Shown: positions 18,646 to 28,345 of the stretch, in pieces
Layout of the letters: the number at the start of each line of letters is the position of its first letter
How positions within the stretch are numbered: the stretch's first letter is position 1
IMG/VR virus record: IMGVR_UViG_3300014656_000076
Span: 1-35,785 of that record
Reading direction: 5' to 3' (one strand)
DNA length: 35,785 nt
From: a virus
Lineage: Duplodnaviria; Caudoviricetes
Notes under the pieces: model-generated
The model's database searches: none
Seen by the model: only the letters and a program-made list of their open reading frames with translations
Told to the model about the DNA's origin: nothing
Made by a program: the position numbers and the translations under genes

Positions 18646-20181
18646 TTATGCCCCCATGTAATTTGCCATACGCATATAGGACCGCCGCTTCCCGGTCGTC
18701 TGGTACTCCATCTGTCCGCCTCCCATCTGCGCGAGACCCACGGCCCCTTCTAATGCGTCCGGACCGTCGTCATTGACGTTTTGATTGAGGAGATATATGA
18801 GCTGCTCGACCAACAGATCCTGATCGCTATGGCCCTTCCGGAACCTCAGCTTCCCGAATTCCACCAGGTAACTGAGCGTTCCTATGATCCGAGCTTCCTT
18901 GTTCGTGGAATGATGTGCCGGCCGCCAGGGCAGGTATCGCTTTTTTTCTCTGGCATAACTTTGGATTGCCTCATGCAGGAAATCCTCCAGCATATTGTCC
19001 TCGATGCCGACGGGCCCCGGATACTCGTCATGCTGGTTATAGGCTGCATCGAACATTCCTCCCGGACTGGCATGGCGAATCCAGGCATGCAAGCAATAAA
19101 AAATCATGGTTTGCCGATTCAGCCCTGCCGTGACGATCGCTTTATAATCGTTCGCTTCTCCGCTCTTGGCGCTCGGGTCCACAAACGATGCCACGGATAA
19201 TTCCGCGTCTTCAATCTCCTGTGGGTCGTAATAGACGAACCATTTCTCCGGAAACGGGGAGTTTTCGGCGCCGGTGAGGTTCCGCATCTCGGCGTTGAAA
19301 TCCACAGTGCCCATCGTGCGCCGCTTTTTTTCCAGCCTGTCCGGAGGCCAGAGGGCCGGCCAGAGCGGGCGCTGATCCTGTTTCCCGAAATCGAGCCAGC
19401 AGTCATACACCCTGCTGACATAAAGTCTCTCCCCGTCATCGTCTTTTTCGGCGATGAACTGTGACAGCACGCTTTTAGGGTGGAACAGGTTGCCCACCAT
19501 GATGACGGTGAAGCCCTTGCCCATCGAGCCGATGACCGCCCGCTTCAGCCACTGCTTCCCCTTTTTGATCAGCCTGGGGTTCTCAACGTTTTCGTCATTC
19601 TCGAAATCATCAACCACGGCAAAATCGGGACGGTGCTGCCGATTTTTGAGTCCCCGGACCTTTTCTCCGCGTCCCCGGGCCAGGGTCCGTATACCGTTCG
19701 ACGTGGTGAAATCATTCGCTTTCCAGACCCGGCCTCTCAGGTCCCCGAAATCGTGGCGGATCCTCTGGTTTTCTTCCAGTTCGAGCCGGATCGGCAGGGT
19801 AAACCCCGAGGCCTGGTCATTGGTATCGGAGATAATGATCTGAAAAAGCCGGATCTCGTGGCAGAGGTTCCTGAGCGGCACACCGAAGGTAAAAAACGTG
19901 CTTTTGGCATGCTCGCGCGGCGCCCCCACAAAAACCGCCTCATCCCGGATCTCTGTCAATTCTTCCCACTCATAATGAAAATCCCCAAATTCCGCTGTGA
20001 AATAATGAGGGAGATAGGTTTTGCAAAAATAAAGCAGATCGTGCCGGCTGCGCTCCTTGCGCGCGCTCTGTTTTTCAGGCGTATCCTTTTCGAAAGGCGA
20101 GACGGATTCCCGTATCCAGGCCGCCATATCATCGGCCCAGCGGTCAAACCCGTATTCCGTCAGTTTAGGCCGTTTTCGCAT
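18646..20181 (-). CDS. terL: Terminase large subunit
   Basis: Walker A variant APREHAKST, VRGLK..RPDFAVVDD, and nuclease motifs FVDPS..DYKA and DDGPDALEG. Confidence 0.93.
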   Translation of the reverse strand: MRKRPKLTEYGFDRWADDMAAWIRESVSPFEKDTPEKQSARKERSRHDLLYFCKTYLPHYFTAEFGDFHYEWEELTEIRDEAVFVGAPREHAKSTFFTFGVPLRNLCHEIRLFQIIISDTNDQASGFTLPIRLELEENQRIRHDFGDLRGRVWKANDFTTSNGIRTLARGRGEKVRGLKNRQHRPDFAVVDDFENDENVENPRLIKKGKQWLKRAVIGSMGKGFTVIMVGNLFHPKSVLSQFIAEKDDDGERLYVSRVYDCWLDFGKQDQRPLWPALWPPDRLEKKRRTMGTVDFNAEMRNLTGAENSPFPEKWFVYYDPQEIEDAELSVASFVDPSAKSGEANDYKAIVTAGLNRQTMIFYCLHAWIRHASPGGMFDAAYNQHDEYPGPVGIEDNMLEDFLHEAIQSYAREKKRYLPWRPAHHSTNKEARIIGTLSYLVEFGKLRFRKGHSDQDLLVEQLIYLLNQNVNDDGPDALEGAVGLAQMGGGQMEYQTTGKRRSYMRMANYMGA

Positions 20182-20644
20182 GTTTCCCCTTAAAGCGTGT
20201 CACGATCTCTTCGAAGCTTCCGGCCAGCACCTTCAACCCTTCCGGATCGATCTCTCTCAAAACCTCCGCCACAAACTCCATATCCTCCAGAAAGATCTTG
20301 GGCCGGTCAATGTTTGCGACCGCGTCCTTCTCTTTCTCCTTGATCTCAGTCGCCACCAGGATGGAGCGGAAACCGTGCATGTCCTGGGGATCGATGTTAT
20401 CCATGCCGGTCAGCGTAAAGAGTGCCTTTTGGATCAACTGTTGTTTCAATTTAATCGAGTTACTCCTGATGCCGGCGATAGCCTCCCGGTACCTGGCCCG
20501 TTCCCCGGTCCAGTCCCCCTCGGTCGACCAGTTGGCCGCGGTCCGGTCGGATATCTCGCAGGCACTGGCGACCTCCTCCAGCGTCATGCCTTCTACGACG
20601 TATAAATCCTGGGCCCGCTGTTTCGTCTCGTAATCGATGGCCAT
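20165..20644 (-). CDS. Putative terminase small subunit (N-terminal HTH)
   Basis: AQDLYVVEGMTLEEVA..ISDRTAANWSTEGDW; directly upstream of terL. Confidence 0.78.
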   Translation of the reverse strand: MAIDYETKQRAQDLYVVEGMTLEEVASACEISDRTAANWSTEGDWTGERARYREAIAGIRSNSIKLKQQLIQKALFTLTGMDNIDPQDMHGFRSILVATEIKEKEKDAVANIDRPKIFLEDMEFVAEVLREIDPEGLKVLAGSFEEIVTRFKGKHAKTA

Positions 20645-20647
20645 CGC

Positions 20648-20890
20648 TCAATTCCCCAGGGCCTGGTTGATCGCCTCGATCTCAGCCAGCACCTCTTTAA
20701 GCGCGATCTGCTTGTTGGCAAGCTCGATGGCCTGTGCTGCGATGACATCGGCCTGCAACTTTTCAGCCGGCAGAAACGGGTCAAGGAGGTCCCTCAACGC
20801 CGTGACATCCCCGGCCATCCGAAGCCTCAGGCTTTTCGCCTGCAGCTCCTTTTCCGCCAAACGACCTTTAAATTTCAGGATCTCGCTCAT
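20648..20890 (-). CDS. Hypothetical coiled-coil protein
   Basis: 80 aa, ATGA-coupled to the upstream gene, in the late operon. Confidence 0.7.
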   Translation of the reverse strand: MSEILKFKGRLAEKELQAKSLRLRMAGDVTALRDLLDPFLPAEKLQADVIAAQAIELANKQIALKEVLAEIEAINQALGN

Positions 20891-21246
20891 CCCGTCCCCC
20901 CTTCCCGGCGTACAACAGGGCAGAATTGATTCCCTTTTATGGCATCAGTCAATGTCGTCATCGCCTGGGTATTCATCATGACCACCTCTGTCAAATCCCT
21001 CGCCATGCCTCCATATTGAACCCCGAGTGTGTGGAAATCCTCCACCAGCTTGACATTGTTTTCATACATCCGCCTCATCTCGCTCATATCCGTTTCGTAC
21101 CGTTTCCGCTGCGAATAAAACAGCATGAGCGACATCATCCAGGGGCCGACGATCAGCATGAAAAAGAAAACCGCAAAGGGCCAGTTCGAAAAGAGCTTGA
21201 TCGCCCCCAATAAACTTGTTAGGATCGATACCTGATCAGGACTCAT
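20887..21246 (-). CDS. Single-pass membrane protein in lysis region
   Basis: Hydrophobic segment then coiled coil; ends NQFCPVVR; overlaps the holin stop. Confidence 0.7.
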   Translation of the reverse strand: MSPDQVSILTSLLGAIKLFSNWPFAVFFFMLIVGPWMMSLMLFYSQRKRYETDMSEMRRMYENNVKLVEDFHTLGVQYGGMARDLTEVVMMNTQAMTTLTDAIKGNQFCPVVRREGGTG

Positions 21247-21802
21247 GTTTGTCCTCTCCTTGTTGACGTGCTAATAGCCTCGTCTTATCGCTGCTGCTCT
21301 TCGATGACCCGAAAAAATACTGCAGCACCATCCCGAAACCGGCTGCCAGCGCACCGAACAACTGGTTTACCGGCCCGACGTTATCCATCGGAATGACGGT
21401 AAAATACATAAATCCGAGAAGGACAAAAAACCCCACAATCACGAGCCATGAAAGGACATACAAATTGATATCCCTTTCTCCGGTCGCCTGCACAATCTTG
21501 ATTTCCCGTTCCCTGGCGCTCGCAACATCGGCCAGGCGCAACCTCTCCTGTTCAAGGAAATACTTCTGAAGCTCGATCTGGTTGTTGGATTCGATCTCGG
21601 CGAGTTTCACCGCTGCCGCGGGATCCGTCTGGAGTAAATGATCAATTTTATCAGGCGTCGTTTCCTCCTCACTCAGACCAAATGCCGATGCCAGCAGCTT
21701 AACGCCGGCCCCCATCGCCCCGCCTGCCGGTCCCCCGATGATCCCTCCTAAAAGCGGCGCATATTTAGCGACCGTCCCCGCAACACCTTTCCAGTCCATC
21801 AC
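21236..21802 (-). CDS. Putative holin
   Basis: APLLGGIIGGPAGG N-terminus, DVASARERE, two C-terminal TM segments ending YFFGSS; GAGGAGG RBS. Confidence 0.75.
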   Translation of the reverse strand: MMDWKGVAGTVAKYAPLLGGIIGGPAGGAMGAGVKLLASAFGLSEEETTPDKIDHLLQTDPAAAVKLAEIESNNQIELQKYFLEQERLRLADVASAREREIKIVQATGERDINLYVLSWLVIVGFFVLLGFMYFTVIPMDNVGPVNQLFGALAAGFGMVLQYFFGSSKSSSDKTRLLARQQGEDKHES

Positions 21803-21812
21803 TCACCTCCTC

Positions 21813-22066
21813 GCTCCATGCTCCCCGCTCCATGCTCCGCCCTCCATGCGACAGGGTCCGATGTCGATCGCCGGGGGCGGGATGAAACCGATGGGGCGGC
21901 GGAACTTGATGGAGAACGATTACACTCCGGGGATTTATTCGATTACCTGGCACGCAAAACGACTGATTCTGTCGCCGTGGCAGATACAGATGGTCGCGGG
22001 GCAGTGACGCGCCGGCGGCGCGGCGGGGAGCATGGGGGGCGGAGCATGGAGCGGGGAGCATGGAGC
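21813..22066. repeat. 37-bp inverted repeat of ctccatg-type heptamers around a 180-bp segment
   Basis: 21813-21849 matches the reverse complement of 22030-22066 at 36/37 positions. Confidence 0.9.
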
Positions 22067-22268
22067 ATGGAGCGTGTCCGTGCGGGTTATCCATCCAGCG
22101 GAGGTTATAGGTCGCAGGCGTACTAAGTGAGTTGTAAAACTCGACTTCGAAAGCCGCCGCCGGTGCCAAGTGAGTTAGCACTATCAAACATATAAACAAC
22201 GCTAAAACCTCTGTATTGACGGCCATGTTAGTAAATGATCGCGCTAAGATACCAAGTGTCTTTTGCAT
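21846..22268. pseudogene. Secreted-protein gene apparently split by an inversion (5' half on minus, 3' half on plus)
   Basis: Minus strand 22268-22075 encodes a signal peptide plus FEVEFYNSLSTPATYNLRWMDNPHG; plus strand 21846-22007 encodes GPMSIAGG..DYTPGIYSITW. Confidence 0.55.
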
Positions 22269-22280
22269 CAGATTTGCCCC

Positions 22281-22640
22281 CTACTTTAATGTGCGGTCCT
22301 TGTTATGACAGCTAAGACAATGTCCCGTCACCCACCGGTGAAATGTTTTAACGCAATAGGGACATAACCCCGTATTCCATTCCGGCCATCCTTTATCGGA
22401 TCGTATTTCGTCGGGGTGTTTGAAAATATGTGGATAGGCATTGGCCTCGGCAACGGTTTTAACAACGTTTCCAAAGGCGTCGTACGTCCTTGTTATTTTC
22501 ACGATCTCTTCCCGGGAAACCTGATTTGCCAAATCCTGCGCCATCGAGCTTCCGAAGGGACTTAGCAAAATCATTATCGAACAAACTACGACAGCAAAGC
22601 CCGAAACCCTTGATAATCGCGTCATCCAGCGGGTCCTCAT
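22281..22640 (-). CDS. Exported protein with CPYC and CLSCH motifs
   Basis: ATGA overlap with the endolysin stop; hydrophobic N-terminus; C-terminal CxxCH. Confidence 0.65.
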   Translation of the reverse strand: MRTRWMTRLSRVSGFAVVVCSIMILLSPFGSSMAQDLANQVSREEIVKITRTYDAFGNVVKTVAEANAYPHIFKHPDEIRSDKGWPEWNTGLCPYCVKTFHRWVTGHCLSCHNKDRTLK

Positions 22641-23125
22641 GCCAGCGCCCTCCTGATCCATCCCTTCAAATAGCGGGGATTATCCAGCTCAACATAATGC
22701 TTGATCGCCATGAGCCTCAGCTCCGCGAGCAGCCATGCCGGGTTGGGATGCCCGTTCACCGCCCCGACGGTCTCCGGCCCGATGATCCCGTCCACCATGA
22801 TCATCCTGCCGCCCGACAGAAGAACAGCCGCCTGCAGTAGCCTGTGCGCCTTCGACGGCCCCATATTGACGGCCAGGCTTAATATCTTGGCGGCCAGGTC
22901 GGAATCCTCGATCCGCCCATACCCGTATCGCTCCCACCAGTCCCGCCGGTAGATCTCGATCGCCTCATCCTCGGTCAGGGCCCCGATGTCCAGATCCGGG
23001 TAAGACCGCCGCGAGATCCCGTAATTCGTCTCCCCTCCCGGATCGGCCGGATCGTTGACATACCCGCCCTCGAGCTCCAGGAGGATATTCACCGCTTTTT
23101 CAAAATTCCGGTCTTTTTCATCCAT
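22637..23125 (-). CDS. Endolysin, glycoside hydrolase family 108 with peptidoglycan-binding C-terminus
   Basis: EGGYVNDPADPGGETNYGI, VDGIIGPET and YLKGWIRR motifs. Confidence 0.93.
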   Translation of the reverse strand: MDEKDRNFEKAVNILLELEGGYVNDPADPGGETNYGISRRSYPDLDIGALTEDEAIEIYRRDWWERYGYGRIEDSDLAAKILSLAVNMGPSKAHRLLQAAVLLSGGRMIMVDGIIGPETVGAVNGHPNPAWLLAELRLMAIKHYVELDNPRYLKGWIRRALA

Positions 23126-23244
23126 CGCTCATATCTCCTGGTCCACATGGCCGCCCGCCGTTTCGGGATCCCGATATCCCGCAGCCGGCAATAGACGTGC
23201 AGCGGATTCAGCGGGTCTGCAAGCACGGCCTCATAATCTGTCAA
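23089..23244 (-). CDS. Small hypothetical protein
   Basis: TTG start with GGAG RBS; LNPLHVYCRLRDIG..YER reads as a genuine protein; overlaps the endolysin start. Confidence 0.55.
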   Translation of the reverse strand: MTDYEAVLADPLNPLHVYCRLRDIGIPKRRAAMWTRRYERWMKKTGILKKR

Positions 23245-23422
23245 TTCTCCGCCCCATGCTCCCCGCTCCACGCTTGACCGTCGGATTCTCCCACAAACAC
23301 CGCCCCTGCCATTCCTCGACTGCATACACCGTCCTGCACACCCCTGTCTTCTTATGCCACGCGCAACACCGCGCCTCGCGAAATCTCCGGTCAACGTCCG
23401 CCTGATCAACAACGTACTCCAT
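23231..23422 (-). CDS. Possible first small ORF of late operon
   Basis: MEYVVDQADVDRRFREARCC.. fills the gap after the terminator; start uncertain. Confidence 0.35.
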   Translation of the reverse strand: MEYVVDQADVDRRFREARCCAWHKKTGVCRTVYAVEEWQGRCLWENPTVKRGAGSMGRRIDRL

Positions 23423-23447
23423 CGGATCACATAATCCCTTTCCCCCC

Positions 23448-23493
23448 AAAAAAAACGCCCGACACCCCGCGATTTCTCGCAGGATATCGGGCG
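23448..23493 (-). terminator. Intrinsic terminator in late-operon leader
   Basis: Minus-strand RNA CGCCCGAUAUCCUGCGA-GAAA-UCGCGGGGUGUCGGGCG-U8: 17-bp stem whose three non-Watson-Crick positions are all G-U on this strand. Confidence 0.88.
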
Positions 23494-23540
23494 CTCTGGC
23501 CGCCATTATTTCAATGCTGTTTTACGGGCGCTCTGGCCGC
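23488..23540 (-). repeat. Two 16-nt direct repeats GCGGCCAGAGCGCCCG in late leader
   Basis: Identical copies at 23525-23540 and 23488-23503; the downstream copy overlaps the terminator 5' arm. Confidence 0.9.
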
Positions 23541-23557
23541 TATTGATAATTATTCAA

Positions 23558-23586
23558 ATTGTCCCGAATAATTACCGTAATGTCAA
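23558..23586 (-). promoter_or_regulatory. Putative sigma70 late promoter
   Basis: TTGACA (23586-23581), 17-bp spacer, GACAAT (23563-23558), in an AT-rich stretch. Confidence 0.7.
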
Positions 23587-23735
23587 CCTTTTTTGGTGAT
23601 ATACCGAAATGCCTTGCATCCCGGACACCATTTTTTGATGATGGCAAGGCCCTTGACCCGTTCCCACTCGGCAAAGACCTTGCCGCAAACAGGGCACGCG
23701 ACAGGATTTTTATAGGCTTTTTTACCGTTCCCCAT
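23583..23735 (-). CDS. Com-like Cys4 zinc-ribbon protein (50 aa, not in ORF track)
   Basis: Hand translation MGNGKKAYKNPVACPVCGKVFAEWERVKGLAIIKKWCPGCKAFRYITKKG*; GGAG RBS; CxxC-x19-CxxC and basic composition, similar in size and layout to Mu Com. Confidence 0.75.
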   Translation of the reverse strand: MGNGKKAYKNPVACPVCGKVFAEWERVKGLAIIKKWCPGCKAFRYITKKG

Positions 23736-23749
23736 CACTCCGCCGCCGG

Positions 23750-23875
23750 CCCTCGGCCTCCTGGCTCCTGACTCCTGACTCCTGGCTTCTATCTTCCGCC
23801 TCCTGGCTCCTGACTCCTGGGTTCTATCTTCCGACTCCTGACTCCTGACTCCTGACTCCTGGCTCCTGACTCCTT
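23750..23875. repeat. tcctgac-type heptamer array
   Basis: Tandem tcctgac/tcctggc units; encodes RSQESGV-type repeats on the minus strand. Confidence 0.9.
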
Positions 23876-24100
23876 CCCCCCGTCCCCCATCGGAAGCTCC
23901 TCAACAATCCCGATCGCCTGCTCCAGCCGGTCCTGGACGTCGCCGAACCAGGTCTCCAAATCCGCATACTCACCCTCGAGACGCCGCGACTCGCCGCCCA
24001 TCAGGTACCCGACGGCGCCGAACATGCCGCGAAGCCGGTTGAGCACTTCAAGGGCCGCGTCCCGTTTGTCTATCCTCTCTCGTATTTGATCCGTCATCAT
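23789..24100 (-). CDS. Hypothetical helical phage protein with repeat-encoded tail
   Basis: GAGGGGG RBS before ATGATG at 24100 (MMTDQIRE..); in frame with the upstream PIN fragment. Confidence 0.6.
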   Translation of the reverse strand: MMTDQIRERIDKRDAALEVLNRLRGMFGAVGYLMGGESRRLEGEYADLETWFGDVQDRLEQAIGIVEELPMGDGGKESGARSQESGVRSRKIEPRSQEPGGGR

Positions 24101-24139
24101 AGGGCACCCCCTCTCGCGAAAGAAAGGGCTTCCGGCAGC

Positions 24140-24304
24140 TCCGCCGTTCAGTTCTTCATGGACGACATCAACAATTCTCAATTCGTTTGGAATCGCCTTG
24201 ATAACGGCAGATGCGTAGCCCGTTGCATTCAGGTTGATTGCCACGCTCGTGTCCACAACGAGAGGTAGCGAGAGCTTATCGAAGCAGCACCGGGGCCTCA
24301 TCAC
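24140..24304 (-). pseudogene. Truncated PIN-domain gene (first ~55 codons)
   Basis: LVVDTSVAINL..VVHEEL matches a PIN N-terminus; overlaps the XRE-peptidase stop; similarity ends near 24140. Confidence 0.65.
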
Positions 24305-25478
24305 CCTCCTCCCCTTCAGCCTCCAGATTACCTAGCATCTCTCGAAGTTCTATGCGATCAAGCTTCAGGAGACGGACTAGTTGTCCTTCACTCAGCAACC
24401 CTCGCCGCCAGGCCTCATTTGCTAGAGAACTTAAACGGAATGTAGTTGGCAGATTCGCGTCCGATTTGGTTTCCTCAGTGGTTACACGGTCACCTAGTAC
24501 CTGACGTACTTGTTCTTCAGTGATTCCACCATTCGCCTCAAACCAATCCCACGCCCCTTTCTTCGTCTGTCCCAATTCCTCCAGTCTTCGGACTATTGCC
24601 TCGCGAGATACGCCGAAGGAATGAGCTATCAATATTACATGCCGCCGGGTAAGCTTTGACGCACCTGCCGTTATCTCATGAAGTCTCTCAATCACGGTGC
24701 GTGAAGGAGTGAGAAAGGAACGCGCAAATGCGTTTGCGTATCTCTCTTCTGGTGATCTCACAGGTGATCGAGACCATAAAACGTCGGTTTTGCGCCTGGT
24801 TGATACTAAATGTCCCAGTTCATGGGCGGCAGTGTTGTTCCGGCGTTCGCGGGGATGGTTTGCGTTCAGCAAAATGCAAGCACCGATTGTATCATCGAAG
24901 GCGAATAAGCCAGAAATCTTAGCGTCAAGTCGCCGCACGTAGATCCGAATCCCAAACTCAAGCTCTAAGAATGCTGTGATGTCCAAGACGGGCTGTAGTC
25001 CGAGGCCGACGCGTTGCCTAAGCTCCAATGCATCGCGATCGGCTTGGTCTTCCACGTTACCTGGAACAAGCGGCCGCTCCGGTGGGTAATTGGCAGTCCT
25101 TTGCACACCCAGAAGGTTCTCAAGCTCGACCTCGGCCTTGGTCAAATCGGCAAGAAGCTTACCAGCGATTTGAATCGCGGCATCTTTAGTGTACTGGATT
25201 CTCCGAAAACGTGGCGCGAGGTCCACATGGACGGCTTCTGTTCTTAGCAGAGAGTTGGCGTTAGTCCCGTATAACTTAGCAAGCTCTCGGAGTTCATCAA
25301 TCCTGACCTGCCTCTGGCCTTGTTCGATTGCAACAAGTGTCGTGCGAGCGATGCCCAAAGCCTTGGAAGCCGCGGCCTGCGTTAAGTTCGCATCCCCACG
25401 CGCAATCCGTAAACGCTCTCCCATCGTCCACCCCGGTTCCCTCAGCCCCGCCATAATATCATCAACCGTTTTCGCCAT
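24276..25478 (-). CDS. XRE HTH fused to ImmA/IrrE-family zinc metallopeptidase
   Basis: GERLRIAR..LTQ..LGIARTTLVAIEQGQR HTH; RRNNTAAHELGH and EERYANAFARSFL motifs; base composition differs from neighbours. Confidence 0.92.
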   Translation of the reverse strand: MAKTVDDIMAGLREPGWTMGERLRIARGDANLTQAAASKALGIARTTLVAIEQGQRQVRIDELRELAKLYGTNANSLLRTEAVHVDLAPRFRRIQYTKDAAIQIAGKLLADLTKAEVELENLLGVQRTANYPPERPLVPGNVEDQADRDALELRQRVGLGLQPVLDITAFLELEFGIRIYVRRLDAKISGLFAFDDTIGACILLNANHPRERRNNTAAHELGHLVSTRRKTDVLWSRSPVRSPEERYANAFARSFLTPSRTVIERLHEITAGASKLTRRHVILIAHSFGVSREAIVRRLEELGQTKKGAWDWFEANGGITEEQVRQVLGDRVTTEETKSDANLPTTFRLSSLANEAWRRGLLSEGQLVRLLKLDRIELREMLGNLEAEGEEGDEAPVLLR

Positions 25479-26016
25479 CAAACTGACTCCCGATTTTATC
25501 CACCAGGCTCTCAATCCCCTCCAGGCGCTTGAATTCCTCCGCCGTCAAGCCCTTTCGTTCCTCCTTCGATGTTCGATGTTCAGTGTTCGATGTTCGTCTT
25601 TTCTTCTCCCGCTCCCTCTCCTCCGCCGCCGTCAACCCCTCATCGCTCAACCTTTTTGCTTGACTTAACAGTATCTTCTTGAGATAATTATGGTTTTTGA
25701 ATCCGTACTTCTCCGCATCCACGACGGTCCTCAGCCCTTTGATTATCTCCGCCCAGCCCGTCGTCCTGAACCGTTTCCCGTCATATTCAAACTCATTTTT
25801 CTCGAACAACTTCCACACTTCCTGAAGCAGCCGCAGCCGTTTCTGCTCGCGCACGCTGGCCCACTGATCCGCCCGGAAACACTCGGTATAATCGAACACC
25901 AATCCCCAGTTCCGGCCGAACCGTGACGCCATCTCGATCATCTCATCCTTTGCCGCCTCATGCATCAACTCGGCGATGGTAAACTTGCTCTGACAAACAG
26001 GACAGGCAATCCTCAT
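25462..26016 (-). CDS. Hypothetical Mu-like early protein (N-terminal CPVC)
   Basis: MRIACPVC start overlaps the upstream stop; FKNHNYLKKIL; internal ttcgatg-type repeat. Confidence 0.72.
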   Translation of the reverse strand: MRIACPVCQSKFTIAELMHEAAKDEMIEMASRFGRNWGLVFDYTECFRADQWASVREQKRLRLLQEVWKLFEKNEFEYDGKRFRTTGWAEIIKGLRTVVDAEKYGFKNHNYLKKILLSQAKRLSDEGLTAAEEREREKKRRTSNTEHRTSKEERKGLTAEEFKRLEGIESLVDKIGSQFDGENG

Positions 26017-26264
26017 TTTTCGCACACCTGCCTCTTGACCCAAATCACGCCCTGTTTAGGGTCCATGAAAAAGGGAGACCACCCCGTGTCTAACACCATA
26101 AACGCGCGAACATCGTCGATCCGGTACGCCTTGACCGCCCATCGGCACCTGGCGTCGATCGGCGGCGCCAGCTTCGTGATCGGATAATACTCATGGGTGA
26201 CCTTGAGCGCACACCCGCCCATCACAAAAACGAGCAACGCCACACACATTATAACCTTTTTCAT
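26013..26264 (-). CDS. Putative small lipoprotein
   Basis: MKKVIMCVALLVFVMGGC lipobox-like N-terminus; AGGAGG RBS. Confidence 0.62.
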   Translation of the reverse strand: MKKVIMCVALLVFVMGGCALKVTHEYYPITKLAPPIDARCRWAVKAYRIDDVRAFMVLDTGWSPFFMDPKQGVIWVKRQVCEK

Positions 26265-26275
26265 CCTGCGCCTCC

Positions 26276-27689
<1,414 letters not shown>

Positions 27690-27690
<1 letters not shown>

Positions 27691-28283
27691 TACCAGACAT
27701 TCTCCTCCAAACACCCCACCGCCTCTTCATAGGCCTCCTCATACCCGCCGCCGATCCGTTGATACAGCGCCTGCCTCAGATCCCGCGAAAGCGCTATAAA
27801 ACACCCGTAACAAAACGACCGCCCCGACTTCTTGGCCTTCCCGCAGGCGCACTGATTGCTCATCAACTCATTAAAATAAAACCCTCTGGGCCTCATTCTA
27901 TCGCGTTTCACCGCGGCATCAGGGCACTCTCTGATCTTTGTCAGTGCCTTCCCGCAATGATCCGGTTCATCCAGGTCGTAATGCCGGCATTTCCGGTTGA
28001 AGCATTTTATCAGTCCGTCACTCATAGACCTGCTCCCATTCCGGCTCCCTGCTCCCTGCTCCCTGCTCCCCACCAGCGCCCGGAATACATTACCAAAGCT
28101 CATTTTCCCCGGCACATATCCGACTTCCGGATAATCCGGCTCCGCCTCCATCTCCGGCAAAAAATCCACCCACCGCTTGAGCCACACAACCGCCACGCTC
28201 GCGCACGCCGGGCAGTCCGTATTATCGCGCCCGTTCCACACCTCGTAACAATCCAAACAATACTTGACTTTATTCAGCTTCAT
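27690..28283 (-). CDS. Cys-rich hypothetical protein(s), possibly two genes joined in frame
   Basis: CLDC..CPAC N-terminal part, REQGAGSR repeat linker, then MSDGLIKC..CACG..FCYGC. Confidence 0.6.
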
Positions 28284-28293
28284 CTATCCCCTC

Positions 28294-28345
28294 CTCCTGA
28301 CTCCTGACTCCTGACTTCTGGCTCCTGTCTTCTATCTTCCGACTC
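28294..28345. repeat. tcctgac-type heptamer array (intergenic)
   Basis: tcctgac tcctgac tcctgac ttctggc tcctgtc ttctatc ttccgac. Confidence 0.88.

Noticed and set aside
23488-23540. Leader repeats as lambda boxA (CGCTCT)
   Set aside because: CGCTCT is on the plus strand, opposite to the late transcript, and no boxB or N-like gene is evident.
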